From Gnetum montanum (Eukaryota > Plantae > Gnetophyta): 64,000 bases of DNA. Positions 1 to 13,499 of the stretch are shown piece by piece. Every line of letters begins with the position of its first letter. Position 1 is the first letter of the stretch. The stretch lies in assembly GCA_015680685.1 (NCBI GenBank), contig MNCI01000255.1, forward strand, positions 124,182-188,181. Direction: 5' to 3'. The position numbers and the translations under genes are program-made. The notes under the pieces were generated by a model, which did no database searches, had not been told where the DNA came from, and saw only the letters and a program-made list of their open reading frames with translations.

Positions 1-508
1 GTCTTACTTATTAGAATGGAGGATACCCCCCATAACTAAATGATTGAGCACAGCAACGAGTAATAAATGAAAAGTTGGGATCCTTGCATGTTGGACGTAT
101 TAGGATCCGATCATATCTAAACCACTGGGTATCTTTTGATGTGGTGGTTGGAACATACCCCAAGTGGGGTTCACACACTTGATTATGGTAAGCATAGTGG
201 GGCAATTTATAAGATGTAGTTAATTTATGAGTGGTTGACCACTATGGCACCCATGATTGTAAGATGGTATGCAAGGATCAACATGTCTCCCCATGTGGCT
301 ATATTCATTGGGTCGCCTAGCTGTTAGAGTATTGAGTGGTGGCCCTGATAAGGTAACATGAGGAATTCGGTTTGAAGAGGAAGATGCACCACAATGTTGA
401 ACTTGTGCTGAGTTGGAGGATGTAGTGGACTTAGAATTTTGCTATTCCTTCTTACGGTAATGCCAAAAGAAGGGGCATCTTCGATGTTGAGGAGAGTTCC
501 CACTATTG

Positions 509-1392
509 TTGTCAATAAAAGCACAGGTAATATTTGTGGGTTTTTGCTGTGGTGCAAACCCTTCTGGTATAGCTGGTGGCAATGTAGAAGGAGGTGAAGG
601 ATGAGAATGTTGAAATTGAGGACAAGTGTAATGTACACAAGGTGGTGGTCCTATTGGAGAGGATATGGGTTAATAGTATTAAGGAGAATAATAATAATGT
701 GGCAAGATAGAGAATGTTGACTTGGTTGGGGAAATAGGATGTTGGACTTGATAAGCACTTAGGTTCGGATGGTATGAATGGTATAACCAATTTGGGAGTG
801 GCCTCCCCCACGACTAGGATTGTTGCCACTATGATCAAACACAATATCTTTGTATGAACTCTACATGTAACACTCTTCCCCAATGTTCCTGTAAATGTGA
901 TTAGACATTGGCCCTTGGGGTGATTGTATAGGCAAATGTTGCATTGATANATTGTCAATAAAAGCACAGGTAATATTTGTGGGTTTTTGCTGTGGTGCAA
1001 ACCCTTCTGGTATAGCTAGTGGCAATGTAGAAGGAGGTGAAGGATGAGAATGTTGAAATTGAGGACAAGTGTAATGTACACAAGGTGGTGGTCCTATTGG
1101 AGAGGATATGGGTTAATAGTATTAAGGAGAATAATAATAATGTGGCAAGATAGAGAATGTTGACTTGGTTAGGGAAATAGGATGTTGGACTTGATAAGCA
1201 CTTAGGTTCGGATGGTATGAATGGTATAACCAATTTGGGAGTGGCCTCCCCCACGACTAGGATTGTTGCCACTATGATCAAACACAATATCTTTGTACGA
1301 ACTCTACATGTAACACTCTTCCCCAATGTTCCTGTAAATGTGATTAGACATTGGCCCTTGGGGTAATTGTATAGGCAAATGTTGCATTGATA
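509..1392. repeat. ~440 bp near-identical tandem duplication across a single N (probable assembly or haplotype overlap)
   Basis: 509-949 is repeated at ~952-1392 with only a handful of differences, and the junction is the N at 950. Confidence 0.85.
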
Positions 1393-2555
1393 CGTATGAT
1401 TGTCTAAGGTTATTTTGTCCTACTTCTTGGTTTGTCATGACTCTACCTCCAATAATGTTGGCATATTCTCTGCATTTTTTATGCATCCATTCCATCATCT
1501 TATTGATCTTTGCCTCAATTTCATTTAATGATTGTAGTGTTGGCAAAGATGATTCTACCTCCTTGAGGTGAGTTGATTTCTCCTCTTTCAAATTATGGAC
1601 CTTTGTTGATGTAATATTTTGGTCCCATTGAGATTTTTTAGCATTCTCCCATTTAGCCATTTCTCCTTCTTCTTTTGGTACCTACTTGATAAGCTCTTGG
1701 AGTTGGTGGGTTCATAGCTCATATAGTTGACCTTGGGCATATATCCCTAAGGTCTCCCTTGTTTCATTACAAAGCCCATTTATGATATAGTACATTAGCC
1801 TTTCCTTGAAGAACCCATGGCCTGGGCAGTTGTTTAACAATGCATAATATCTTTCTAAGGCCATGTCCAAGTGTTCATGTTACTCTTGTTTCCATTCTTG
1901 GATTTGTCTTCTCAAGCTTGACACTCGTGCATAGGTTTGATATCTTTCGTTGAAGAGCTCTACCATTGTTGGCCAATGTCGAATTGATTTTGGTTTTAAC
2001 GACCTATACCGTACTTTTTCTTGGCCAACGAGTGTCATAGGAAAGATCTTAAGTTTATGCCACCCATTATCAATATTATTCCATACACAAGCATCATGGA
2101 AGGCTTGTAAATGATGTTGTGGATCTAAGCCTCCAAAAAACTTAGGAAAGTTATTCAAATCGAGCCTGGGTAAATGGGTCTCCTTGTGATTCCTGCAGGA
2201 TATTTGAATAGCCTCTTGTATTTCTATTAAGCTTGTATTGGCCAGTAGGGGTTCATCGTCACTCGGTATGTTATGCCTTTATGAGTTGGGACGATTTTGT
2301 CTTTGTTTATGTTCATAGGAGATCCCTACATCAGATTGGGTACTCTAAACTTTATCTTCATCATCATATAATTTGTTGGTTCTCCAATGAATTGCCTCAC
2401 TAGTTGCATTTTTAGAGTCTTGTGAGAGAGACATGGTTGTGAATTTTTGTGTGATTTAATTGCAATTATTATTATTATTATTTCTAAAAGATATATCGTT
2501 GATACTTTGTTACAATGATCTTGTATGATGTAACTAATCTAAATAACTAGCACCA

Positions 2556-2573
2556 TCCCTGGCAACGACACCA
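2556..2573 (-). other. Primer binding site, tRNA-Asp type
   Basis: TGGTGTCGTTGCCAGGGA versus the Athila consensus TGGCGCCGTTGCCGGGGA. All differences are transitions. Confidence 0.8.
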
Positions 2574-2574
2574 A

Positions 2575-3410
2575 TGATAAGTGGCGAGATACCCCTACAC
2601 TCAACCATACGAATACAAGCATTTCATGCACAATATGATCGAACTCCGCAGACAGGATAGTTGTGGTATCTAGATAGGTACTTGCTGATCGTAGTTTGTT
2701 GTCTTCCCACCTGGACTAATATTTGCTTTGTCATGTATGGTTTAGTCCAAATTGAGGTGCATGATGTGTTCCTAAACTAATGCTACTCCTGGAGGCAATG
2801 AAAAATAATCTTAGCTAAGCTAGGAGGGAAAAGGGAGAGAGAGTTAAACTAAGAGGAGATAGGGAGAGAGAATCTAAGCTAGCCTAAGTGCAATGAGCAT
2901 CCGTTCCTTAATCATCCATACACATCTTAGGCCTCGTCCATGACTACCACTAGGATTACTAAGTCCATTGCTTGAGTACGCTATTGGGATACCAAGCAGT
3001 CACACATAGATGCTCGTGATTAAGTCATACTCATTCCACATTTAATAACAATAACAATTAAGTAATTAAACTAAGTGAATGCTGCAATGATGAAGAAATC
3101 TTGATCTTTATTTCTAGTCATGTGCATGTCCAAGTCCGTCACACTCAAATAAAGGTGTCGTATAATTACAATCATCACACTGTGAGCATGCACTGGGATA
3201 AAGAGTTAAGAGAGAAAAAGAAATATACTAACTTCTAAAACTAACTATTTCTAAAACTTACAAGATTAACTCCTTTCGTGTGCCTACATGTGTATTTATA
3301 GGCTCACACAAGAGTCACGATATTGTGTATCTGATATCATTATTTGGGCTACAATATCGCATAGTCGATATCGTGGATCCGATATTGGGGGTCCAATATC
3401 ATAGCTTGAT
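2575..3410 (-). repeat. 5' LTR of Athila-like copy 1
   Basis: Both ends resemble the LTRs at 49955-50753 and 59023-59873 (GATATTGGACCC.. near the start; GTGTAGGGGTA..CTTATCA at the end). Confidence 0.75.
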
Positions 3411-6400
3411 GAATCATGATTCATCATTGAGGAAAGACATCTTTCTAAAACTGCTCTCTATTCTTGGAGTACACCTTTGTTTGGTGAGGAGGTATTTTCT
3501 TGATGAAAGACATTTGTTGTTTTGTGGAGATACCTTTGTTTGTGCATCCTTCAATTCTACTAAGATGTCTACTATTTCTTAGAGAACTCTTTCTTCACCT
3601 TCCTTTGCATGATGAATTCTTCATTCCTTGTTCATAGTCTTACACTTCCACATGTTTCAATGATGACAACTTTTCTTATGAGTTATTCAATCCTTGTCCA
3701 TGTTCTTGAGTTCTTACATGTTCTCTTGAGACCTTATGGATGACCTTCTTCTTTAAGCTCCAAACCAATTCATTCCATGTTATTAATGTAGGATTTATAT
3801 CATCTTAGTTTTTTAAGTAAATTATCCAACAAACACAACAACCACACGACCATACACACAACCTTTGTCTTCATTTTACTTAACATTTTGAGACACCAAA
3901 AGGTTCACAATCTTCCCCATTTTAGTGATGTTCAAAATTTAAGAAAATGGGTTAGTAGACAAGTAAAAAACTCTAAATATAGCATAACCTACTCCAAATA
4001 ATGTGTTAGTATATAAGCAAAGAACTACAAATATAGCATAACCTACTTAAAATATAGGATAACCTAACTCTTCCCCTTTTTGAATAGTAGCAAAAAGGAT
4101 AAGAAACATAAATCAGTTAAAGAGACATTATAAAAGTGCAATAGCATATATTATGTATAATTAACAACATATGATAATCCTAAGGAGATAAAGACATTGA
4201 GTAAAAGAGTGCACATCTTTTAGCACTGAGTTTCATGAAGAGTTGCCCCTAATTTGTCAAGTCTTTTAGGTAATATTCAAACTTAAAGCTTGAAGTGAAG
4301 TATAATCCTTGAAGATTAAGTAACCTATCTCTAAACTAGTAAGTCATTAGTAGTTTGTATTGAATGGTTGATTAATATTCTAATACTCTTCATCTTTGCA
4401 AAACATTAGCAAAGGAATATGGCATATCTTTTATGGTAGTAATACACCTTCACAATTTGAAACCAGCCATGTCAAATTTGAAATTCGTGAACTAGGAAGT
4501 ACATCTAAAGGTAAAATATTCAAGGGATGTTTCAATAAAAACCATGGATACTTTTCCATAAACAAAATGATCATGTTCTTGCTCATATTACTGTAAGGAA
4601 TAATATCAACTATTTTCTTTCTTTCATAAAAATAGAGTGACTTCTTGCTTCAGCTTATGCTTGAATATCAAATAGGTGGGTTGATGATAAATTGAGACTT
4701 GCTCTCTTTAGTTCAAAAACAAGGACCTACAAATAAATCAAAAAGAACCAATAATACACAATTTGATGCCAAAGACCAAAGATAGATCATGTAAAAACAA
4801 GCAACCTATCTATTTGAAACAATTATCTCATTAAAACTTATATCTCTATACTCAACTAGAAATTTGGAAAACATCAATACAAGGATATGGAAGCAATAAG
4901 AGAAACATGCATATTTTTCTTTTTGTACAAAGCAATGCAACAAACACAACCATGTATCAAAAACCAATCATGTTGATTGAGAAATATGTATATATTCATA
5001 TACCTCATTTTTACCAAAGGATATCAAGAACAAAAATTTAATACTTAGCCATCCTCTTAAAATAAAAATACCTCTTGATGTCCTTATCTTGGTCATTTTG
5101 GAATATCTTTCTATTTCAGTGTTTCTTGGCTAAAGTCTCCTAAGACCCCCTCTACATTGATAACCTCCAAAATGATGATGGACAATGAGGAATAAGCTCC
5201 TCCTATACATGTGTTGCTTATCTTGGGCTTTCAAGATCAATGTGTAAATGTTGTAAATCACCAAAACACTACAATTGTAGGTCAACATTAAGATCAAATG
5301 TGGAGACTAAGGTCTCCAATTAGTAATATTGATAGAATTTTTCAAAATCTTGACTTATGTCATAAATAGTAAAAATATTCCAAAGGATATGAGCTTAGAA
5401 ATAGACCATCATAAGAAGTTCAAATTAAGAAAGAATGAATGTAAGACAAAAATCAAACTAAAATTATTACAAGATGAACGTCCAATTATTACAAATGCTA
5501 CACTAAATATTTTCATAAAAATCACTTATACCAATCTCATGGATGAATGTAAGAGATGCTCTAAACAATTATTCTGATACTTTTCTGATCTAGGCAAGAC
5601 AAACAATTTTGGACCACTTAACTCATATTCTTATTAACTATCAAGGATAGAGATGGAAACTTACCTTAACTTACCTTGCTTGCCAATGAGGAGAGAAGAT
5701 TAATGGATTTTGAGATGAGGTCCCCTATCATGAAGTACCTCCTCATCCTTAGGTTCTCTTTTATTAGATCATGTATGTGATGTCTCCACTTGTTTATGTT
5801 TTTTGTGATAAAACCGTTAATTACTTAATGCGTTATTTTTAATTTTCCACTTCTTTTCTTTCTCAGTTATTAGTACTTTTACAATTTCATTACCAAAGCC
5901 TTTTCAACAAGGTCAAGTGTTAATCTTATTTTGATCATCATGAGTATAGTTAAGAGTTTGCTTACAACCACAATTTTTAAAAACAAATAAAGTATTATCC
6001 TCATGATCAAAATTATCAAGCTTGACTATGCTTGTGCTTGAATTTTCATGTGTAGCTTCCTCTAAATTCTTTGGCTATTTTTTAGGAGTCTCCTCTTCTT
6101 GAGCCTTATTGCAATCCTTATTAAAAGAGGTTAGTTGTTGAATCTCAACTCTTATGTCTAAGATCTCTTCTTTCACTTCAACATGGATAGCATCCAACTT
6201 AGAAATTACAACTTTCTTTGCCTTCCTAATCAAATGATGTAAAAGAAAAATTTCTTATTTAAATTCACTATACCTTTTATCACACTTACCATCTTGTTTA
6301 GCCACGTGTGAGGATTTGATATGTGAATCTTTGGAAGAATTGCATGCTTCTTCTTCATTTTGCTCACCATTATTCCAACTTATATAGAAGTTTGTATTTT

Positions 6401-8628
6401 TTAATTCCTCATCATTAGATTTATTCTTTGGTTTTACCTTGCTATCATTAGGATATTGGAAGGCTATCTAGGTTAGAATTCAAATATTTTTTTCCCTCTT
6501 TCTTTACCTTTTAGTAGACTGGATCTTTGTGGAAATGCCTCCTTATTTCTTCCTGTCAGTAATAGTTGTAGCTTCCTTGAGAGAAAGGGAATCTCATCTT
6601 TGTTACACTCATCATGCTCATTGGACTTCTTCTTGGAGGTAGTCTTTAGAGCATTAGGTCTTTCCTGGATTGCTTCTTCATTTATGAGATTCATTTCATA
6701 AGCAATGAATGCACTTTGAAGCTCTTCAAATTTTAAAGTTGAGAAATTTCTGATTTCCTCAATAACCATGACCTTTGGTCTAAACTCCAGTTGTAGAGTT
6801 TTGATCATTTTGATGATGACATCACTTTCTAGAAAATGTTTATCTATTCTTCTAATAGCTACAACAAGATCATTGGCTTTGGAAAAATAATCTTTTATTT
6901 TCTCAACTCCTCTCATTTTGAGCTTACCATATTCACTTTGTAAAACTAACAATTTTGATTGGTTAACAGTAGAAGTTCCTTCATAAGTAGCTTCTAAAGT
7001 TTGCCAAATTTCTTTGGCCAAGTTACATCCTGCTATCCTATTAAACTCAAATTTATTTAAAGCACAATATAAATAATTTTTTTGCTTTTGAATTAAACAT
7101 GAACTTATCTTTCTCCTCTTGTGCCCATTTTTTATGAGGCTTGATGATGTTGGTGGAGTTGTCAACAGGAAAAGTGTAGCCATAAATAATTGACTCCCAT
7201 ACTTCAAACTTCATGAACTTGAAGAATCCTTTCATTCTAGCTTTTCAGTAGGTGAAGTCGAATCCATCGAACATGGATGGCTTTGTGTAAGATGTCTCCT
7301 CCATTGTTTACTCTTGAAGTTAATGATGGAAAAGAAGAGTACTAGGCTTCAATACCACTTATGGATCATTGAACTTAGAAGGGGGAGGGATGAATGAGCT
7401 TCTCAAATTCAAATTCTTTCAATAAAGCGCACACACCAAATTTAACATGGTTCCCCAACTTGGGTGGTTCACACTTGGAGGGTAGATCGCAAGCACATCT
7501 CTAGATTTTGTTACTCTCAAATGTGGTTTGAATGGTACCACACCTTATACAATCTCTAATCCCTGCTTTGGAGTGTTGTGATGTTGCATCAACCAGTCAA
7601 CTCTACAAGGTCCCCCCAAGCTTAGAATGTAGTTTCTAGGCTTTCACAACCTTTACAATCTTGAGCTTTTCTTTAGAGTATTGTACCACAACACCAACCA
7701 CTCAATCCTATAGGATCTCGACAAGCTCAAGTAAGATGCCTTCCCACAAGAATCACATCAACCCCACAGGGTCCAAGGAAGAACAACAATTACAAGGGAT
7801 GAATGCAACTTAGTTTCCTAATCCATGCACTTTGAGGTAGAACATGCTTTACAATGGATAAATGATAGTACAACAAGGAGCAATCATTATTACAATGATT
7901 AACAAATGATTATACAATGATTTTATAAGAGTTTGCACATTTCCTAATGAGAGTGATGTCTTCTTATAGTCACCATGTTTTCAAATCTATCTTGGAACTC
8001 ATGCAATGGCTAGCTAATGGTTATGGAAGACATCATCTTCATGCCTAAGATGTCTTTCTATATTTGCCTCCATTTTGGAAAGATATCTTCTTCATGCTTG
8101 AGATGCCTTTTAATATTTTCCTTCAATTTGGGAAGATATTTTTATTTGTGGAAAGATGTCTTTTTGAATATGTTCCCTATTATGGGAATATATCTTTGTT
8201 TGGTGAAGATGTCTTTGCTTAATGAAAGACATTTGTTGTTTCTTGGAGGCATCTTTGTTTTTTCATCCTTCAATTCTACCAAAACATGTATTGTTTCTTA
8301 GAGACATCTTCCTTCACCTTCCTTTGCATGATGAATTCTTCATTCCTTGTTCATAGTCTTGCACTTCCGCATTCTTCAATGGTGACAACTTTTCTTATGA
8401 GTTATTTGATTCTTGTCCATGTTCTTGAATTCTTGCATGTTTGCTTGAGACCTTGTGGATGACCTTCTCCTTTGAGCTCCAAACTAGTTTGTTGTTTGTC
8501 ATCAATGTAGGCTTTATCTTATCTTAGTTTCCCAAGTATGTTGTCCTACAAACATATCAATCACACAACCATACACACAACCTTTATCTCTATTTTACTT
8601 AATGTTTTGATACACCAAAAGGTCTACA
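3411..8628 (-). mobile_element. SIRE/Sirevirus-like Ty1/copia copy 1, non-autonomous (gag plus eroded pol remnant)
   Basis: 5' LTR ~7362-8628 ends in ATTCATCCCTCCCCCTTCT (Sirevirus-like C-rich motif). Met-type PBS TGGTATTGAAGCC at ~7345-7357. Multiple PPTs (~3910-3922, ~4070). Partial 3' LTR 3411-3909 matches ~8140-8628. An integrase trace LQHLHIDLESP lies at ~5225-5260. Confidence 0.8.
5800..7304 (-). pseudogene. Copia gag (DUF4219/UBN2-type), disrupted
   Basis: MEETSYTKPSMFDGFDFTY*KARMKGF..., ..AKEIWQTLEATYEGTSTV..KL..LQSEY.. (UBN2-like). Contains a frameshift and stops. Confidence 0.85.
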
Positions 8629-8770
8629 AGACATTTAAGTCCTCAAGTGATCTACCAAACCATTTGAGGTACTTGTAGATCCTTTTCTAGGCCCATGGAT
8701 CTACAAGTTAAATTTTTTGAATGGGAATCTTCAACCCATTAGTACCAAAGTTTTTCATTGCTATAGTTTT

Positions 8771-8787
8771 TGGCACTAGAAGGCAGG
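8771..8787 (+). other. Primer binding site, tRNA-Asn type (Tat)
   Basis: TGGCACTAGAAGGCAGG versus TGGCGCTAGAAGGAGGG, immediately after the LTR tail. Confidence 0.75.
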
Positions 8788-9593
8788 CCTCTACCTGACT
8801 TCTTCATCCAAACCTATTGCAGTTTCTACCTATTTCTACTAATAGCATCTTTTAAAAATTTAATCTAAAATTATTTTTGGTTTTACCATTGCAACCTATA
8901 ACTTTGTTTTTCCATCACTATTTGCAATATCGGTTTGTAGTGTAGCTTATCTTCACTATAACCTACAACTTTGAAAATTTATTTTATTATTATTATTTTT
9001 GTAGTTCACTATAACTTGAAACTTTCAAAAAATTATTTATTATTATTGTTGTTGTTGTGTGTAGCATCCTTTCCAGCATACACTAGAGAAAACTAAATAA
9101 AAATAATTTTTAATTTTATAGTTGCAGTTGTAATGTTGATGCTAGAACCACTTCTTAATTTCCCAATGTCAGTAAACTTAGGAAATTTCAAGTACTCATC
9201 AAACCTACCACTTTCGCTACAACTCATTGACATTATACAAGTGTCATTGACATTGTAATTATCATGCATACTATGTAATTTTCATTGACACCATGTAATT
9301 GTCATTGATACTATGTAATTGACATTGATGCAAACAAACTTTCATTGATGCTATGACACTGTTATTGATGCTACAACCTACGTATGCTATAGCTTTCAGT
9401 TATTGTGTATGCTAAATCTTTTGCCTAGTTAAATACTCTATTAATGCCTTTTCACTAATCCACTATGTTACCACTTAACATGATTAACATGATTTCCAGC
9501 CAAGACATAATTCATGTGTATGACCTAAAGGATCTAGCTATGGCTAAGCATAGATAATTACTTAGGTAGAGGGGCAAAAGCCTAGACTTTGCT

Positions 9594-12500
9594 ATGATTA
9601 ATGAAGAAGACTACAACTTTATGTGTGCAAAAATCCAAGCTAGCTTGTCAATTCCATGCACAAAATCCAAATCCAAGCATGAGTTCAAATTAATCTATAG
9701 AAATGGAAATAAATACATCTCCTCCCCTTATGACAAGATAAAACTAAATGACATTCATACATGCATACTTGCTCAACTAATTGAGATGGATGAGTTAACT
9801 AAATAGGTCAACTTAGAGGGCCACCATGAGGAGTCTATTGAATTTGAAGTCAAACTAAAACTTGATACCTTCATTGGGATCCGTTTCCAACAATTGGCTT
9901 TTGAAACCATTCCACCCAATTCAGCCTCTCTTGCCCCTTCCATGGAGCAAGTGCCCCAACCTTCTTCTCCTCTTGCCTATCCTAATATGTTCAAGTCAAC
10001 ATCCATCATAAGCATCCACCAGGCATAATCCATGCCTTAGTTGGCCTCTCTTTTCTTCTTCACACCTTTTTCCATGTAACCTTGATCTATACAATCATCC
10101 CTTGTATTGTTTACTGTAGCTCATCCCTTCTCCATACCAATGGATTTTTTAGTGGGAACCCAGGCAACCCAAGCATCTCATACCCCATTCACCCACTTTG
10201 TCCCTCAAGTACCTCCTCAAACCTCATTTTAACTGTTTAGTCCCCCTACAACAATGATCACCCAACCTTTACCATCCTTACTATTACTGATTGTGTGACC
10301 ACAAGCCCCCCAACTTGCCATGTAGTCATTTGTACAAAGCCCATAGCCCACCAGAATTCCTTAGTACTTGGATCAAGTCTTCCAGATGATCAAAAATCTC
10401 ACTAAGCTACGAAAGCTCAAAGCCTCTACTACTCAAATGGTCAAGATAATGGACTTCTACAAAGATGATCCCATTAGTCTTGTTGTCCCCCAAATAACTC
10501 TTCTCTCAAGAATTCCCATCCCCCAATTTAGCAAATACAATGAAGAGGGTGATCCCAACTCACACATCATTACCATCCATTCTAATTGCTTGTTATTACA
10601 AGCTTGGCCTCATACCTTTCTGCACATATTTCGTATGTTCCTTATCAAGAAAGGTTTGGATTGATACCATGTGTTACCTAGAGGATCCATTACCTTATTA
10701 GAATACTTAGTTATGCAATTCATTGATCATTTCATGTATAAATTAAAACTTGATATGATTCTTGACTAACTAATGAAGGTCAAGCAAGGGCCCCTTGAAC
10801 CTATGTAAAAGTTCATATAATGATGGAATGTTCTTGTCAATAAGATTCTTGGACCCATAGCTAAGACACATCTTCTAGCCATATTCAAGAAGACAGATAA
10901 TGACTTTATTAAGTCCAAACTCTAATACTTAGACCTGTGGTCCCTCAGTTAACCTTTCTTATAAATGAAGAACATAGGGGATTCTGCTAAAGCTAGCCAT
11001 GACCTTGCCTAAAGATAGGGACAATGGGAAACAAAACCATGCAGTAGTGGCCACAGTCGCCAAAGAGACCAAAACAATGTAGGTGCCAAAAAAATCAACC
11101 AAAGGTCACTATCACCATTGCTCAACCCTCAATGTCTAGGGCTCATATATCTAACCAACCTAGGCCTAACTTTGAGAAAAAGGATTGGTCAAAATATACA
11201 AAGTTGCACTTGAAACCGTTCGATCTCCTTGGCTAGTTGCTCAAAAGTGGCCATATCCAATATAAGCAAATGACTGAGAATGCCCACAAGAGGCATCATT
11301 GTCTATGTGAGATTATCAAGGATCCCACTATGGCAACCAAGATGATCCACCAGTGCTTAAATATTTCAAATTAGATTGATTTTGTGATTATAATCAATCG
11401 CCCAGTCATGCTATCGATTTCTACTTGGCCCTAAAGGATGACTTGATAGAAAATGAAGAGCTGGTTTCCAATTCTATTTGGCCCCAAAGCCAATACATGT
11501 AGGTACATAGTAACCCCTTAAATGCTAACGATGATCCATATACAATATCAATATTCAATGTTGGCAATAATCCTAAACTTGCCTAGGAGCCGTTTGTGAT
11601 TTGGTTGCCTCCTTGTGATGAAAGGACTTTAATTTCATCAAGTTCAAGGACTTCTTTTGTCATAAGGACACCATCACCAATGCCTCCTAAAGAACCATTT
11701 ATTATAAGAGTGCCCCATCCTACCACTATTAAGCCCACAACTCAAGATTACCAACGTCCCCTTGTGGTGGCCAATGCCTCAACCCCTTCATAATCTAATA
11801 ACAAGAGATCATGAATAAAATAATGTAAGAAGCCAAATCCTAAGCCAAATGCTAAGGATAATGCAAAACCAAAAGTGTGGAAAGAGGTAGGTCCACCAAA
11901 GCCTACACCCATTTCAGCCATACCCATGAGTTCTAATGCTTAAGCTTCTTCAATGAGTTTGCTTAAGAGGGACAATAAACAACAAGAAAGGAAGAGGAGC
12001 CTAAACCACAAACATTAAAACATGAGGTAAAAATACTAGGTAGAATGAAGAAATTCAAAAGCAAAAAGAATGAAAAAAATAATGAATAATGGCAAAGACT
12101 TTCTCATTACCATGAAGCAAGTCAAGCTCTTACTTAAATAGAAGAACATCTCATTGAATTTGTATGACTTAGTTATGACCTCTCATGCCCACTATGAAGC
12201 TTTAGTTCATATGTTAACTTCTATTTCTATCAGTGAGGATATCCCAACCAACCAAGAATCTATACACGCAATAATAGTCCCACCCCCCATAAAGAATAAA
12301 CAAGGTCAACTACCTTAACTTTTTGGGACAACGAGGTAAAGATCAAATCACAAAGTGGTAAGGTGTTAAGAGCTCCCTTGTTTATAATGATAAGGGTTGG
12401 CCAGTACAAGGTACATTGGGTACACATAGACAATGAGATAGCTACTAATGTTATCCCCTTTCCTATTGTAGAACATTTGGGATCAACCTAACACATTTAA

Positions 12501-13019
12501 AGCACCTCCACCTCAGTGCTTAAATTATTCAATGGATCATGTGTAGAGTTGAGAGGATCAATTTTGTTGGATTTAGTAGCTAGGAAATAGTTCCTCACAT
12601 CAGCTATTTTCCTTATGGTGGAAGAGACACTAGGATTCAACCTAATCCTGGGGAGACCTTGGCTAGCTAAAGTATAGGCTATCTCTTCCTCAATTCATCA
12701 AGAGATTCATCTTCCCTACAAGGAAGGTAAGATTATTATGCACAGTGACAACATAACTCCCTTGTCTATCAACAATGTTGACATAGAACAAGGATATAAG
12801 GTGGAGTTTCAAGAAGAAGCTTTCATAACCCAAAAGATAGCTAAAAAACCCACTAAAATTGACCAAGGTAGACCTAATAACACACAAGCCACAAACGAAT
12901 CATGGGATGAATTGCCATTTAGCATGGTAAGCGAGTGGAATGTGAAGTATAAAATCATGCAACAAAGACCTTACACATTTTCTAATCTCTCAAAGATTAG
13001 AAAGCAATTGTGCAATTAA
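9594..13019 (+). pseudogene. Tat gag-protease, decayed
   Basis: IPQFSKYNEEGDPNSHI (gag) at ~10515-10570. VHIDNEIATNVI at ~12420 and FNLILGRPWL at ~12636 (aspartic protease). Many stops. Confidence 0.8.
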
Positions 13020-13499
13020 ACAATCTACCTACTTTCTTAACCTTATACCTTATGATGTAGTCTTTAGTTAGTAGTCTTACTTTCAACTTTTACATTTAGC
13101 ATTATATCTATGAACTTTATTTTCATGTTTAGTTTATAATTTCATGCCTATTCCTTTTGTATTTACATAAAATCATAAAAATGCAATAAAAATAAAAAAT
13201 ATGAAAATATGTTTAAAATGTAACGAATAAAAAGCCAATTTAGAATTGAAAACAATAACTCATAATAGTCAAATTCTAGATCAATAGTAGCCATGGTCAC
13301 ATTGTGTGACAAATACAAAAAAATAGATACATCGTGTCCGATAGGCATAGTCATAGCCAATACTTGCATTGTGCAATAAATGACAAGAGCCTATAAAAAA
13401 TAATAAATAGTATCATGAGTTAAAATAGCTAAATAACATTAATATCTAACAACAATGACATGAAATAAATCAAATAACACATCTAGGCCATGAGGGGAG

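Larger units (their letters stand above)
1..3410 (-). mobile_element. Athila-like Ty3/gypsy LTR retrotransposon copy 1 (5' LTR, PBS, decayed gag; continues off the left edge)
   Basis: Minus-strand LTR end ...CTTATCA at 2575 followed by PBS TGGTGTCGTTGCCAGGGA. The gag ORF 1880-2158 (PKFFGGLDPQHHLQAFHDAC...KLKIFPMTL) is clearly homologous to 51798-52184. The outer LTR boundary (~3410) is approximate. Confidence 0.85.

Noticed and set aside
509-1392. 440-bp tandem duplication as a biological event
   Set aside because: It is centred on a single N and is near-identical within an old TE, which is typical of an unmerged contig or haplotype overlap. The same applies to 55492-55576.
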